This document shows positions 55,089-63,342 of a DNA stretch of 64,000 bases, in pieces. Positions within the stretch are counted from its first letter, which is position 1. Every line of letters starts with the position of its first letter. Location: IMG/VR virus record IMGVR_UViG_3300032298_001038, positions 96,001-160,000 of that record; one strand, written 5' to 3'. Made by a program: the position numbers and the translations under genes. The DNA is from a virus. The notes under the pieces were generated by a model. It saw only the letters and a list, made by a program, of their open reading frames with translations, ran no database searches and was not told the origin of the DNA.

Positions 55089-55090
55089 TA

Positions 55091-55435
55091 TTAGTTTTTG
55101 TCGTAGTCTTTGTCGTCAAAATCTTCTTCATAACTAGGGTCGTCATCTTCTTCGTCCCAATCTTCTTCGTCATCGTCGTCGTCGCCTGACCAATCTTCGT
55201 CCTCTTCTACTTCTTCGTCGTCGTCTTCCCACTCTTCATCGTCGTCCTCGTCGTCGTCGATATAAAAGTTGGGCGTTGGAATGTTTAAATCTGAATCGTC
55301 ATCGTCGTCGTCGTCCTCGTCGGCGTTGTCATCGCTTACGAATTCCCACTCTTTTTCAATGAAATCTTCGTCGTAATTGTCGTCGCGACGGTTACGTACG
55401 TTCGAGCCAGAAAATAACAATCCGACGTAAGTCAT
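55091..55435 (-). CDS. Extremely acidic protein
   Basis: 114 aa, about 61 D/E residues by hand count. Confidence 0.7.
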   Translation of the reverse strand: MTYVGLLFSGSNVRNRRDDNYDEDFIEKEWEFVSDDNADEDDDDDDDSDLNIPTPNFYIDDDEDDDEEWEDDDEEVEEDEDWSGDDDDDEEDWDEEDDDPSYEEDFDDKDYDKN

Positions 55436-55436
55436 A

Positions 55437-58085
55437 TTAACCAGTCTCTTTTTCCAGCGACTCTCCTGACGGAATAAGAAATTGATCGCACCAGTCTTTG
55501 TTAACTAGTACGCCTTGCATATTGTGTACGACTTCTTCGCCCGCGTAAACGCCGTCCTGTTGCAGCAAATCTATTATCGCCAACCAGTTAGGGCCGACGC
55601 TACGCTCTGTATAAAAATAACGATCAATGGCCCGTCGATTCAACCACCAATGGTCTTTTTTGCGTAAAATATAGTCATTGGTTTGCCGGCTATTTCTGGG
55701 TACCGGTAAAACCGTTAGTTTTTCGGCCGAAATGGCTCTGTTTAGTTCGCGCGCGAGTTCGGTGTGGGCAGAAGAGGCGTAGGCCATGAGGCTTTGGGCG
55801 TGCGCTAAATTGAACGCTACGCCGTATGTTTCGCTCATCCACGCGTGTAAGTCGTTGAGCACAGTTGCGTGGATGTTGTCTACGCGGCTGAATATGTTCA
55901 GCCGGTTTTTTAACGCGCGCTGAATGTACGCTGGCAAGACGTACCGCAGCGGGTCGAGGTCGTATTGCAGATTTGTTGGCGCGGCTTTTATCGCCTGCCA
56001 GCCGTAACTGAGGCCGCTGGTGGCCGGCGGTTGTTGCAGCCGTAAAAATAGCGGCCGATTAAAGTACTTCGGGACGTGCGGGTTAAACACGTCGTCGTTG
56101 AACGCGCTGTAGCCTAGAACCGGCCACGTCGCGGTTGCGGTAATGCTATTTAAAAAGTGATGCGAGTTTTTGCGCTGGAGCACTGTCGTTTGTTCGCCGG
56201 CACAACCCAAGGCCTCGCCGACGCGCTGGGCAACGTCGAAGTTTTGGCACGAAATTGCTGTGGCGATATAGTCTTTGCGCATAATCGGCGCGACGAGGTT
56301 GCCTAGCGCCGCGGCGGTGAACGCCCACACGAACGAGTTTTCATGGGCGGGCGTCAACAGGTCGCGAAGCGGCAGCGGTGCAATTGGCGCTGGTTCTGGA
56401 AACACCTTGGCCGTCTTGCGCGACGTCCAGCCTTGTGCCGGCTGTATTTCGCCGGCGTGGGTTAGTTCGTATTTGGCAAAGCGAAACGTGTGCGTATTTT
56501 CGTCCCACCCAGACTTGGTCGCCACGTTTACGAGTTTGGGCGGGCGCAACTGCATCGCGATCATATGGCTGCTTCTGTTCCACGAGCGGTCAAAAATGAC
56601 CAACTTGCCGTGTGGCGCCATGACTGTCGCAGCATATGCCAACAAACCCATACGTTCAATTCGCTTGGCAGAGTCTGTAAACGTGTACTCTTGATTGTCC
56701 ATGTACACGCTGCCGGAGTACATCTTGTCGCCGGTATCGGCTTGCAACACTTTGGCGATAGTTACCCGCGCATTTGATATTTGCTGCCCCATTTGATTCC
56801 ACCACCCCGTGTCTCGCTCAATTACGATTCGCCGTCGACCTGTTCTGGTCGGAGCAGCGAGCGACATTTTGACCGCGGCGAGTACGCGGTCTTTAAAGTC
56901 TTTTGAAAACTGTGCTGCGTGCCGCTCAAGAAACAGGCTAAGTTTGTCGTGCGGCACAGTGAGTCGCTGCATGAACGCTTGCGCGTTAAGTTCGCTGACA
57001 CCGATGGTCGCGTCAATTAACGCTTTTTGCCACGTTTTGGCGTTGACGCGCATAGCGCTGAGCCGCCCCATGATTGCGTGGTCGACGGCTTTACCGTACG
57101 GTTTTGTGACCCGGTTGGACGGCGGCACCGCAGCGGCGTAGCCCTTGGCGTTGCAGGCGCGGCTGATGAGTTCTGGTGTGGCTACGGCGCCGTGGAATAT
57201 TCTGCCGCCGTTTGGTAATGCCGCCCATGTTGCGCCGTAACTTTCGGCCTCTGGACCGCTATAACTGGCCGCCAGCGGTAAGGTCTGCATGTGGCGCGCG
57301 AGATAATCGCACTGTGTTTGCAGCACCCAGAGCGGGTCGTCGGACACAAACTGGGTGCCTTTGAGCATTTCCGGCGCAGAGCCAATGACTTCTTTGAGCA
57401 GAAAATACCCGGCTTCGGGTTTTTGCCGGCGGTAGCCGGACAGCCCAATAAACACCTGCTTAGATTCGTTGATGTCGTTGTATTGCAACAACAAGAACCC
57501 GGTTAATCTTCCGGGCAGGTCATAAAAAGGAAATACAAGAGCGGCCCCACCGTCGCGTAATCGAGGCGGTTTCGCTCTTCCCATTTCCGCACAAACTTTT
57601 GCAATTTGGTCATAGTGCGCGACCCCTACAAGGCCGTAACATCCGTCAATTTCACTCCTGACACCAAACTCTCTAAGCCGGCAGGCGATAACGTCATCGC
57701 CATGATTCCAGACCTGAGATTCCGCGTCGAACCAGAAGTTCTCAGCGGCTTTTTGTTTAGCCAAAGCCCGGTCATAATCGCCAATTACCCTGTTCGCGTC
57801 GTTTTCCGTAATAATGCCGGAATCGCTGAATTTTGTGAGGGTATTTGGTAAACTTAGATTCCAGATATTGGCCCCAAACGTTATGATATCCCCGTGGGCT
57901 GAGCAGGCCGTACAGTTCAACCACAGGCCGTCTGTTAAAATATCATCGAAAACGTGAAGCGTGTTTTGCTGACAATGCGGGCATTGTAAAATTGCTGGGA
58001 AGACCGGCTTTTCCAACGACAGCCCCAAAACGGCTAAAGCGCGCAAATGGTTGTGTCGGCGAATTAAACAAGCAGGAAAACCCAT
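55437..58085 (-). CDS. Large primase-like protein (Zn-binding + primase core + DUF927-like), catalytic motifs degenerate
   Basis: CPHC..CTAC.AHGDII, LVFPFYDLPGRLTGF, GWDENTHTF; no VEG/DxD TOPRIM or Walker A recognisable. Confidence 0.55.
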   Translation of the reverse strand: MGFPACLIRRHNHLRALAVLGLSLEKPVFPAILQCPHCQQNTLHVFDDILTDGLWLNCTACSAHGDIITFGANIWNLSLPNTLTKFSDSGIITENDANRVIGDYDRALAKQKAAENFWFDAESQVWNHGDDVIACRLREFGVRSEIDGCYGLVGVAHYDQIAKVCAEMGRAKPPRLRDGGAALVFPFYDLPGRLTGFLLLQYNDINESKQVFIGLSGYRRQKPEAGYFLLKEVIGSAPEMLKGTQFVSDDPLWVLQTQCDYLARHMQTLPLAASYSGPEAESYGATWAALPNGGRIFHGAVATPELISRACNAKGYAAAVPPSNRVTKPYGKAVDHAIMGRLSAMRVNAKTWQKALIDATIGVSELNAQAFMQRLTVPHDKLSLFLERHAAQFSKDFKDRVLAAVKMSLAAPTRTGRRRIVIERDTGWWNQMGQQISNARVTIAKVLQADTGDKMYSGSVYMDNQEYTFTDSAKRIERMGLLAYAATVMAPHGKLVIFDRSWNRSSHMIAMQLRPPKLVNVATKSGWDENTHTFRFAKYELTHAGEIQPAQGWTSRKTAKVFPEPAPIAPLPLRDLLTPAHENSFVWAFTAAALGNLVAPIMRKDYIATAISCQNFDVAQRVGEALGCAGEQTTVLQRKNSHHFLNSITATATWPVLGYSAFNDDVFNPHVPKYFNRPLFLRLQQPPATSGLSYGWQAIKAAPTNLQYDLDPLRYVLPAYIQRALKNRLNIFSRVDNIHATVLNDLHAWMSETYGVAFNLAHAQSLMAYASSAHTELARELNRAISAEKLTVLPVPRNSRQTNDYILRKKDHWWLNRRAIDRYFYTERSVGPNWLAIIDLLQQDGVYAGEEVVHNMQGVLVNKDWCDQFLIPSGESLEKETG

Positions 58086-59256
58086 GACAACTCCGCTCGA
58101 TCAAACACAGGACGTGGCCGGACGCGAAACGCACCGGCTGACTACGCTTTTTGCTTGCCCTGATTTTGTTAAGTCTGCTTCGGCTGAGCGGACACACGGC
58201 GACAGCACACTGCCGCGCCACATGTACGCCGATCAATACAATAAACTTTATCCGTGTCATTCCGCGGCTGCAACATGGCTGTCCGCCCTTCACTTTGCCG
58301 ACAAGCGTGCGTCGTTTAACGAAAAGCGCGCCGACGAGATTCATTCCCGCATCGTTGCGGCGGCTAAGTTTTTCGGAATCCTTGGCGCGGTAAATGAACT
58401 CGAAGAGAAGGTTGCGGCTGTCAACGTTGACGACCTCAACAATCTTTCTGACGACAATTTCGCTATCGTGTGGGCGGCTGACGCAGGCGCGAAAGAACGG
58501 CACTGGCCGCTGCGTAACGCGACTGAGGTCAAGTTCGCCGCTGAACATTTTAACACGTATCGCGATGAGTTCGTATTCGAAGACCGCCAGAAGGTGGCTG
58601 AAAAGATTCTCGTCAAGGCTGCCGAGTATGGCGCCGACATTGGCGATCACGAGCATGTGCTGTCGTTATCGGCTGGCTTCGGCGCTTGCGCCGCGAGTGT
58701 TGCCGGCGACATGCTGCGCAAGCGGGCGGCGCTTGTACAGCGCAGCAACAGCCCCGCGGCAGTTGAGATGTTGAAGTTGGCCGCTGTCGTCGAGAGCAAC
58801 CCTGAAAACGCGCGCGAGCAAGAGATGCGTTTGAAGTTAGCCGCCGCCGTCGACGAGTTCGACCGCGTCAATCACCTCGACCGGCTGTATGACGCCGGCG
58901 GGTTGCCGCGTCCTGAAGAAGTGTTGTTCGCCGTGACCGAGAAGGTTGCGAACGATTTCATGCGCGCCAACGTCGAGACGACTACGGGCAATGTGTATGC
59001 GCTGGACGATCTGGAGAAACTGGCGCTGGAGCAGGTGCGTGAGTGGCTTGGCGACGATTTCGCCGACGCCGTGACTGCTGGCGGCGTCTACCTCGACCGC
59101 GACAAGTTGGCCGCGATTGTGCCGACGTTGGATCGCGGTATGGCGTCGATGCTGGACCGGCTGATGCAAGAGAACAAGATCGCGGCTGTCGTGCAGACAA
59201 AAGCCGCCGAGTGCTTACTGCCGCTCGAAAAATTGTTCGAACTTGCAGCCGAGTGA
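58084..59256 (+). CDS. Protein with two DUF6582-like repeats, possibly virion/head-associated
   Basis: LPRHMYAD..KLYPCHSAAATWLSALHF and LSDDNFA..RHWPLRNATEVKFAAEHF; start ATG 58084 after AGGA. Confidence 0.6.
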   Translation: MTTPLDQTQDVAGRETHRLTTLFACPDFVKSASAERTHGDSTLPRHMYADQYNKLYPCHSAAATWLSALHFADKRASFNEKRADEIHSRIVAAAKFFGILGAVNELEEKVAAVNVDDLNNLSDDNFAIVWAADAGAKERHWPLRNATEVKFAAEHFNTYRDEFVFEDRQKVAEKILVKAAEYGADIGDHEHVLSLSAGFGACAASVAGDMLRKRAALVQRSNSPAAVEMLKLAAVVESNPENAREQEMRLKLAAAVDEFDRVNHLDRLYDAGGLPRPEEVLFAVTEKVANDFMRANVETTTGNVYALDDLEKLALEQVREWLGDDFADAVTAGGVYLDRDKLAAIVPTLDRGMASMLDRLMQENKIAAVVQTKAAECLLPLEKLFELAAE

Positions 59257-59271
59257 CGTTTCGGCTATATT
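59243..59271 (+). promoter_or_regulatory. Sigma70-like promoter TTGCAG-N17-TATATT
   Basis: Upstream of 59309-59677 and tRNA-Met. Confidence 0.45.
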
Positions 59272-59308
59272 CCCGCGCGGTCTGGGTTCATCAACCAAGG
59301 GGAATATT

Positions 59309-59677
59309 ATGCAGAGCCTCAACAAGTGGCTTGTGTCTATTTGTTTCAGCGTAGTCGTTATTTTGGCGCAGGTGATCGTCACGCAGTACATGGTGATCTC
59401 CGGTTTGCGCACGCAATTGGATTACACCAAGACTGCGCAGCGCATCGCGGGCGATCAAATTGCCGACATGATGTACGAGTTGTCGCGGGTGCGGAGCGAA
59501 CGAGACTCGAACGACACGCAAAAGTTTGTTGAGGGCGTAGTCGCTGCGATTGAGCGGCGCGATGAGTTCAGCGCTATCTGGCACGACGGTTACAGCCGCG
59601 GGACGGAGGTGCAACAATACGTCGCCGAACTAGACGACAAACGGACCACCACGTATACTAAAGACCAGAAGAAATAA
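59309..59677 (+). CDS. N-terminally membrane-anchored coiled-coil protein
   Basis: KWLVSICFSVVVILAQVIV; start ATG 59309 after AAGGGG. Confidence 0.7.
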   Translation: MQSLNKWLVSICFSVVVILAQVIVTQYMVISGLRTQLDYTKTAQRIAGDQIADMMYELSRVRSERDSNDTQKFVEGVVAAIERRDEFSAIWHDGYSRGTEVQQYVAELDDKRTTTYTKDQKK

Positions 59678-59681
59678 CTGA

Positions 59682-59759
59682 CGTGGAGTGGAGAAGCCCG
59701 GTCATCTCGTTGGCCTCATAAGCCAAAGAACGCTGGTTCAAATCCAGCCTCCACCACCA
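59682..59759 (+). tRNA. trnM: tRNA-Met(CAU), initiator-like, CCA encoded
   Basis: C1xC72 mismatch, A11:U24, anticodon arm TTGGC-CTCATAA-GCCAA, GCTGG-TTCAAAT-CCAGC, ends ACCA. Confidence 0.92.
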
Positions 59760-59788
59760 GATTGGTGTCCCGGCAGGGTCACCCTTTG

Positions 59789-59815
59789 AGCCTCGCCTTC
59801 GGGCGGGGCTTTTTT
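59789..59815 (+). terminator. Rho-independent terminator
   Basis: AGCCTCGCC-TTCG-GGCGGGGCT-TTTTT. Confidence 0.9.
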
Positions 59816-60041
59816 ATTTGCCCGGGACACAATCAAGCAGCGCCGATCGCGCCGCCAGCAATGCCGAAAATGTTGCGTTTAACATATTGTACGACACGCG
59901 ATCCATTTCTGGTTTGCAAATAAGTTCGCCGAGTTCTTCGTGGGCGGAGTGTATAAGTTCAAAAAGGGAAATTCGTTGTTTCTTCTGAAACTCTTTCTCC
60001 CGTTTTTCGTATGCTTTCTCTAGGTGACTTTTCTTGGCCAA
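59814..60041 (-). CDS. Small hypothetical protein
   Basis: 75 aa; its stop lies in the terminator T tract. Confidence 0.55.
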   Translation of the reverse strand: MAKKSHLEKAYEKREKEFQKKQRISLFELIHSAHEELGELICKPEMDRVSYNMLNATFSALLAARSALLDCVPGK

Positions 60042-60273
60042 AGATTATCGCCCGCAGCCGCGACAAAAGACTTCGTCGCGAGGGCGTCTCCTGTGCAGGT
60101 TTGCGATCCGCCAACATGGCTGGATCAAGATTTTGAGACGTTAAACGTGCGTCTTCTTCTGCTAAGCGCATCTCGACGTATTCGAGCCATGCGTGATATT
60201 CTTCCTCGCCATTACGGTAGTACTCGTCTGGCGGTAGATAAGGATCATTCGGCAGCCGGTCGTTCCAGCCCAC
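59959..60273 (-). CDS. Hypothetical protein
   Basis: 104 aa. Confidence 0.55.
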   Translation of the reverse strand: MGWNDRLPNDPYLPPDEYYRNGEEEYHAWLEYVEMRLAEEDARLTSQNLDPAMLADRKPAQETPSRRSLLSRLRAIIFGQEKSPRESIRKTGERVSEETTNFPF

Positions 60274-60448
60274 GAAAAGCCTCCTCTTGGGTTAAAAGTT
60301 CGTGGCGGCTAATAATGATATCGGGGTCGGCGGTGAAACCGAGTCTGACCTTGTCGCCCACGATCTGTACGACCTTGACGACTATCGTCCGACCCTCTGG
60401 TGTTTTGATAACAATATCCTCATCATGCTTTCGAGATAGCACTAACAC
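60245..60448 (-). CDS. csrA: Carbon storage regulator CsrA/RsmA homologue
   Basis: MLVLSRK.DEDIVI..IVVKVVQI.GDKVRLGFTADPDIIISRHEL. Confidence 0.9.
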   Translation of the reverse strand: MLVLSRKHDEDIVIKTPEGRTIVVKVVQIVGDKVRLGFTADPDIIISRHELLTQEEAFRGLERPAAE

Positions 60449-60459
60449 GGTATGGCCTT

Positions 60460-61131
60460 TCAGCCCGCGGCTTGCTCCAACATCTTCACGACGGAATCAG
60501 CGGCGCCATTGGTGAGCGACAGCGCTCGCAGTTGCGCGGCGAGAAGTTTTGTCTTGAGCCGAATGGATTGGTTGATGTCCTGCTTCTTGCCTTCCTCAAA
60601 ATCATATACAGCGTTGAACATCGCGGGGTCGTCAGAGAAATCCCCGATGCTCGGCGATACCCGGGCCGATCGCAGGGCGATGCGCAGGATGTCCGGAGGA
60701 TTGATCAAACCCTCGCTGTCCAGCACTGTGCCGATATAGGCCCGTATTTCGTCGGTAAACGGCTCTGCTTGGCTTTCTTCAGGCGGGTAGATCAGCAGGG
60801 CCTCTGTGATGCCCCACGCCGCCTCTTCGGCGTCTGCGGGGTCCCAAGAGGCGGGGTCGTAGGTGTCGCCGCCCAGAACGTTGCAGAACGCGATAAAATC
60901 GGGCAGGGACCGGTAGAAGCGGTCGGTGGTCAGAATCTGGATCGCCACCATCAACTTGTCGAGCGACAGTTGGGGCAGATCGACGTCGAACTCTTCTTCG
61001 ACCTCAAGCGCGATCGTGGTCGGGTCCCACGTCAGCGCCTCCGTCCCGAACCGATCCAAAAACATTGTCAGCAGAACCGAGGCAAATGTTTCCCTGCTCG
61101 TCCACGCTTCCTGCATTATGCTTTTCGACAT
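60460..61131 (-). CDS. Hypothetical protein
   Basis: 223 aa, strong GC3 bias. Confidence 0.75.
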   Translation of the reverse strand: MSKSIMQEAWTSRETFASVLLTMFLDRFGTEALTWDPTTIALEVEEEFDVDLPQLSLDKLMVAIQILTTDRFYRSLPDFIAFCNVLGGDTYDPASWDPADAEEAAWGITEALLIYPPEESQAEPFTDEIRAYIGTVLDSEGLINPPDILRIALRSARVSPSIGDFSDDPAMFNAVYDFEEGKKQDINQSIRLKTKLLAAQLRALSLTNGAADSVVKMLEQAAG

Positions 61132-61585
61132 TTAACCCGCTCCTGTTCTCAATTAATAGCCGACCGCGACGGTACAGTTCACTTAGATTGTACCCGATCG
61201 ACTCCATGGGCGGATGCGGTAGTTGCTGCTCGTCGTCACCCGTATCGAGGTCTAAAAACCCTGTACGGCCGGTCCACGTGCAGTACTGGCTGTCGGCAAA
61301 CATTAACTGGTTTAACTGATTGAACAGTTCTGGTTCGGAGTACAGCCCCGACCATAATTCGGTCAGGATGGCTGTCTTTTGCTCGGGCCGTAAAAACGCC
61401 AATTTTTCAAACAGGTCTGCGGTCAATAAGAACAGCAGTACATGGTTTTCCACGTCGGCGTCGTCGGCTAACGGTTGCGCCCGTAAAACCGTGGTGAACA
61501 GATTGCGGATTTGCAACTTGCTGAGTTTTAGGACCCGTGTTATCATGCCCAGCGTCAGTTTCTTTTCACCGCTGGAGGTTTCCAT
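61004..61585 (-). CDS. Hypothetical protein
   Basis: Start ATG 61585 (METSSGE; 61594 is an alternative); 128-nt overlap with the next gene. Confidence 0.6.
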   Translation of the reverse strand: METSSGEKKLTLGMITRVLKLSKLQIRNLFTTVLRAQPLADDADVENHVLLFLLTADLFEKLAFLRPEQKTAILTELWSGLYSEPELFNQLNQLMFADSQYCTWTGRTGFLDLDTGDDEQQLPHPPMESIGYNLSELYRRGRLLIENRSGLNVEKHNAGSVDEQGNICLGSADNVFGSVRDGGADVGPDHDRA

Positions 61586-61859
61586 GGTTTCCATTCTTGA
61601 TGATCTTTCCAAGGTTACGCAAGGCCGCGCCGACTTTGTTGTCGAGGGTAATACTATCGAAGAATTACTGGACGCGTCTACCGCGCACCTTGTTGTAAAG
61701 AAGGCGGCTGAACTTGGGTTTAACCGCCCGGGCGTGTCGAACTCCGGCGGGCCGTACCCTGTCGACGCTGAAGGTAAGTCTGACGACGATTTGCTGATGG
61801 GCAAGCGCACGATCGCGGCTTACCGTCGCGACTTTACCGTGCTCGCGGCTCTTCTTTAA
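61584..61859 (+). CDS. Hypothetical protein (91 aa)
   Basis: GGAGG-N5-ATG at 61584; MVSILDDLSKV...FTVLAALL; fills the minus-strand gap exactly. Confidence 0.7.
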   Translation: MVSILDDLSKVTQGRADFVVEGNTIEELLDASTAHLVVKKAAELGFNRPGVSNSGGPYPVDAEGKSDDDLLMGKRTIAAYRRDFTVLAALL

Positions 61860-62338
61860 TCTTCGCCTTCCGGGCCGAACGTCATCAGATGCGCGATTCT
61901 GGCGGCATAGAAATCTGCCACCATTGAAGATATCTTCTTGAACCGCGCGAGCATTTCCGGGACTATCGTGTCCCTGAACTCCTTGTTGACGACGGCCCGG
62001 AGGGCGTCTCGCGCCTCTTGCGAGTATTTAGCGTCGGCGCACTTCTGCGCGGCGCTGCGCACAGCCGTGCTGTTGTCCAGCATGACCTGCACGAACTTCG
62101 GGTTTACGAATTCGACGTTAAAACCATATTGGTCGACGAGTGCTTGCGCTTCGGCAACCTCGAAAACAGAGCGCCCCGGCCAGACATCCGTCTTTGTCGA
62201 ATCTTTGCTTGGATACCGCAGCCGGTCCATCGACCAGCCGAACGCGGCAATGTCGTCATTTGGCTGCGCCATTTCGAAGGGCGGCTTTTTGGTCGGCTCT
62301 TTCTTGTCGATTTTTCTGCTGAGTTTTGACTTGGCCAT
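61856..62338 (-). CDS. Hypothetical protein
   Basis: 160 aa; stop overlaps the plus-strand stop in TTAA. Confidence 0.7.
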   Translation of the reverse strand: MAKSKLSRKIDKKEPTKKPPFEMAQPNDDIAAFGWSMDRLRYPSKDSTKTDVWPGRSVFEVAEAQALVDQYGFNVEFVNPKFVQVMLDNSTAVRSAAQKCADAKYSQEARDALRAVVNKEFRDTIVPEMLARFKKISSMVADFYAARIAHLMTFGPEGED

Positions 62339-62378
62339 TTTCTGATATCTAAGGGAAAGTGCGAATAGCGAAAACCCC

Positions 62379-62463
62379 GGCGGCTACGTAGCACGAAACA
62401 TACCTTGTGGGTGATGTTTCGGCTACGTAGCCGCCATGATGTCGCTCCGGATTACCGGAGCGA
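62379..62463. repeat. Two strong adjacent hairpins
   Basis: GGCGGCTACGTAGC/GCTACGTAGCCGCC (14 bp) plus CGAAACA/TGTTTCG (7 bp); TCGCTCCGG-ATTA-CCGGAGCGA (9 bp). Confidence 0.85.
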
Positions 62464-62832
62464 AGCCGTGCAGGCGATATAAGCGTCGCGCTGGGCGACC
62501 GCTTCGGCGTACTCGTTGTACGGCCGTCCGTTGAAACCGTACGGATCGTCGGTTTCGATATCGAGCACGTCATTCCGCATCAAGGCGGCAATGTACTCGT
62601 GGTAGTAGCCGGCAATGACGCCGCGCAGTTTGGGAAGAGTCACTTCCATGATCTCTTCCTTCCAGAACTGAATACGCCCCCACTCGTCATCGGGGAACAG
62701 GCGCACGGCTTCAGCCTCGCGCTGCTCGATGACACGATCAAACAACTTGATCGCGTGCTCGGGGACAATCACGAATTCGGGACGCTTGAAGACCCGGCCC
62801 AGAATCGCTTGCTTCGTCGCTGCGACAGACAT
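62452..62832 (-). CDS. Hypothetical protein
   Basis: 126 aa. Confidence 0.7.
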   Translation of the reverse strand: MSVAATKQAILGRVFKRPEFVIVPEHAIKLFDRVIEQREAEAVRLFPDDEWGRIQFWKEEIMEVTLPKLRGVIAGYYHEYIAALMRNDVLDIETDDPYGFNGRPYNEYAEAVAQRDAYIACTASLR

Positions 62833-63024
62833 GCGGCAAACTCCACGGGGTTGTAGTTGCGCACTCCCATAACAATAGGGGGTGCAACTAATATGCCCGG
62901 TTTTTGCCGAGAATTTAGCAACTGCAACTACCGCCCGCCCTAGCCGCTAAACGCAGCGGACACCGCCTGAAGCGAACGTTCGGGCGAGCGGTAGAAGATC
63001 GCAACCTACGCGTGGCAGGTGCGG

Positions 63025-63327
63025 CTAGAACGTCATTTGCACGGTCTGGCCGGCGTTGTTGACGTAGACAATTCGCAACTGCTCCGCGCCGAAGTGCTTC
63101 TTTAACTCAGCCTTTTTTTCGGGGCTAAGCGCGGCCAAGCACATCTTGATCTTGGCGAGTTCTTCTCGCTGTTTTACTTGGCGTTTGCGAGCGCACGAAC
63201 CGCAGCCGCCATTTTTAGCCGTGAAGATATTTTTTTTATTGGTGAAGCACGGAATCGAGTCGGCCAACGTTTTGTTAGCCAGCATCGATAGAATTGTGCT
63301 GTCTTCGATTACGACAATGCTGGGCAT
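63025..63327 (-). CDS. Hypothetical basic protein with CGSC motif
   Basis: 100 aa. Confidence 0.7.
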   Translation of the reverse strand: MPSIVVIEDSTILSMLANKTLADSIPCFTNKKNIFTAKNGGCGSCARKRQVKQREELAKIKMCLAALSPEKKAELKKHFGAEQLRIVYVNNAGQTVQMTF

Positions 63328-63342
63328 AAGCGCCTCCTTGCG

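Noticed and set aside
60472-61323. 283-aa plus-strand ORF
   Set aside because: Antisense shadow of 60460-61131
61583-61859. Invertible segment explaining the plus-strand genes
   Set aside because: The ends (CATG or CATATG versus TTAA) are different palindromes, not inverted repeats of each other, and no invertase is present
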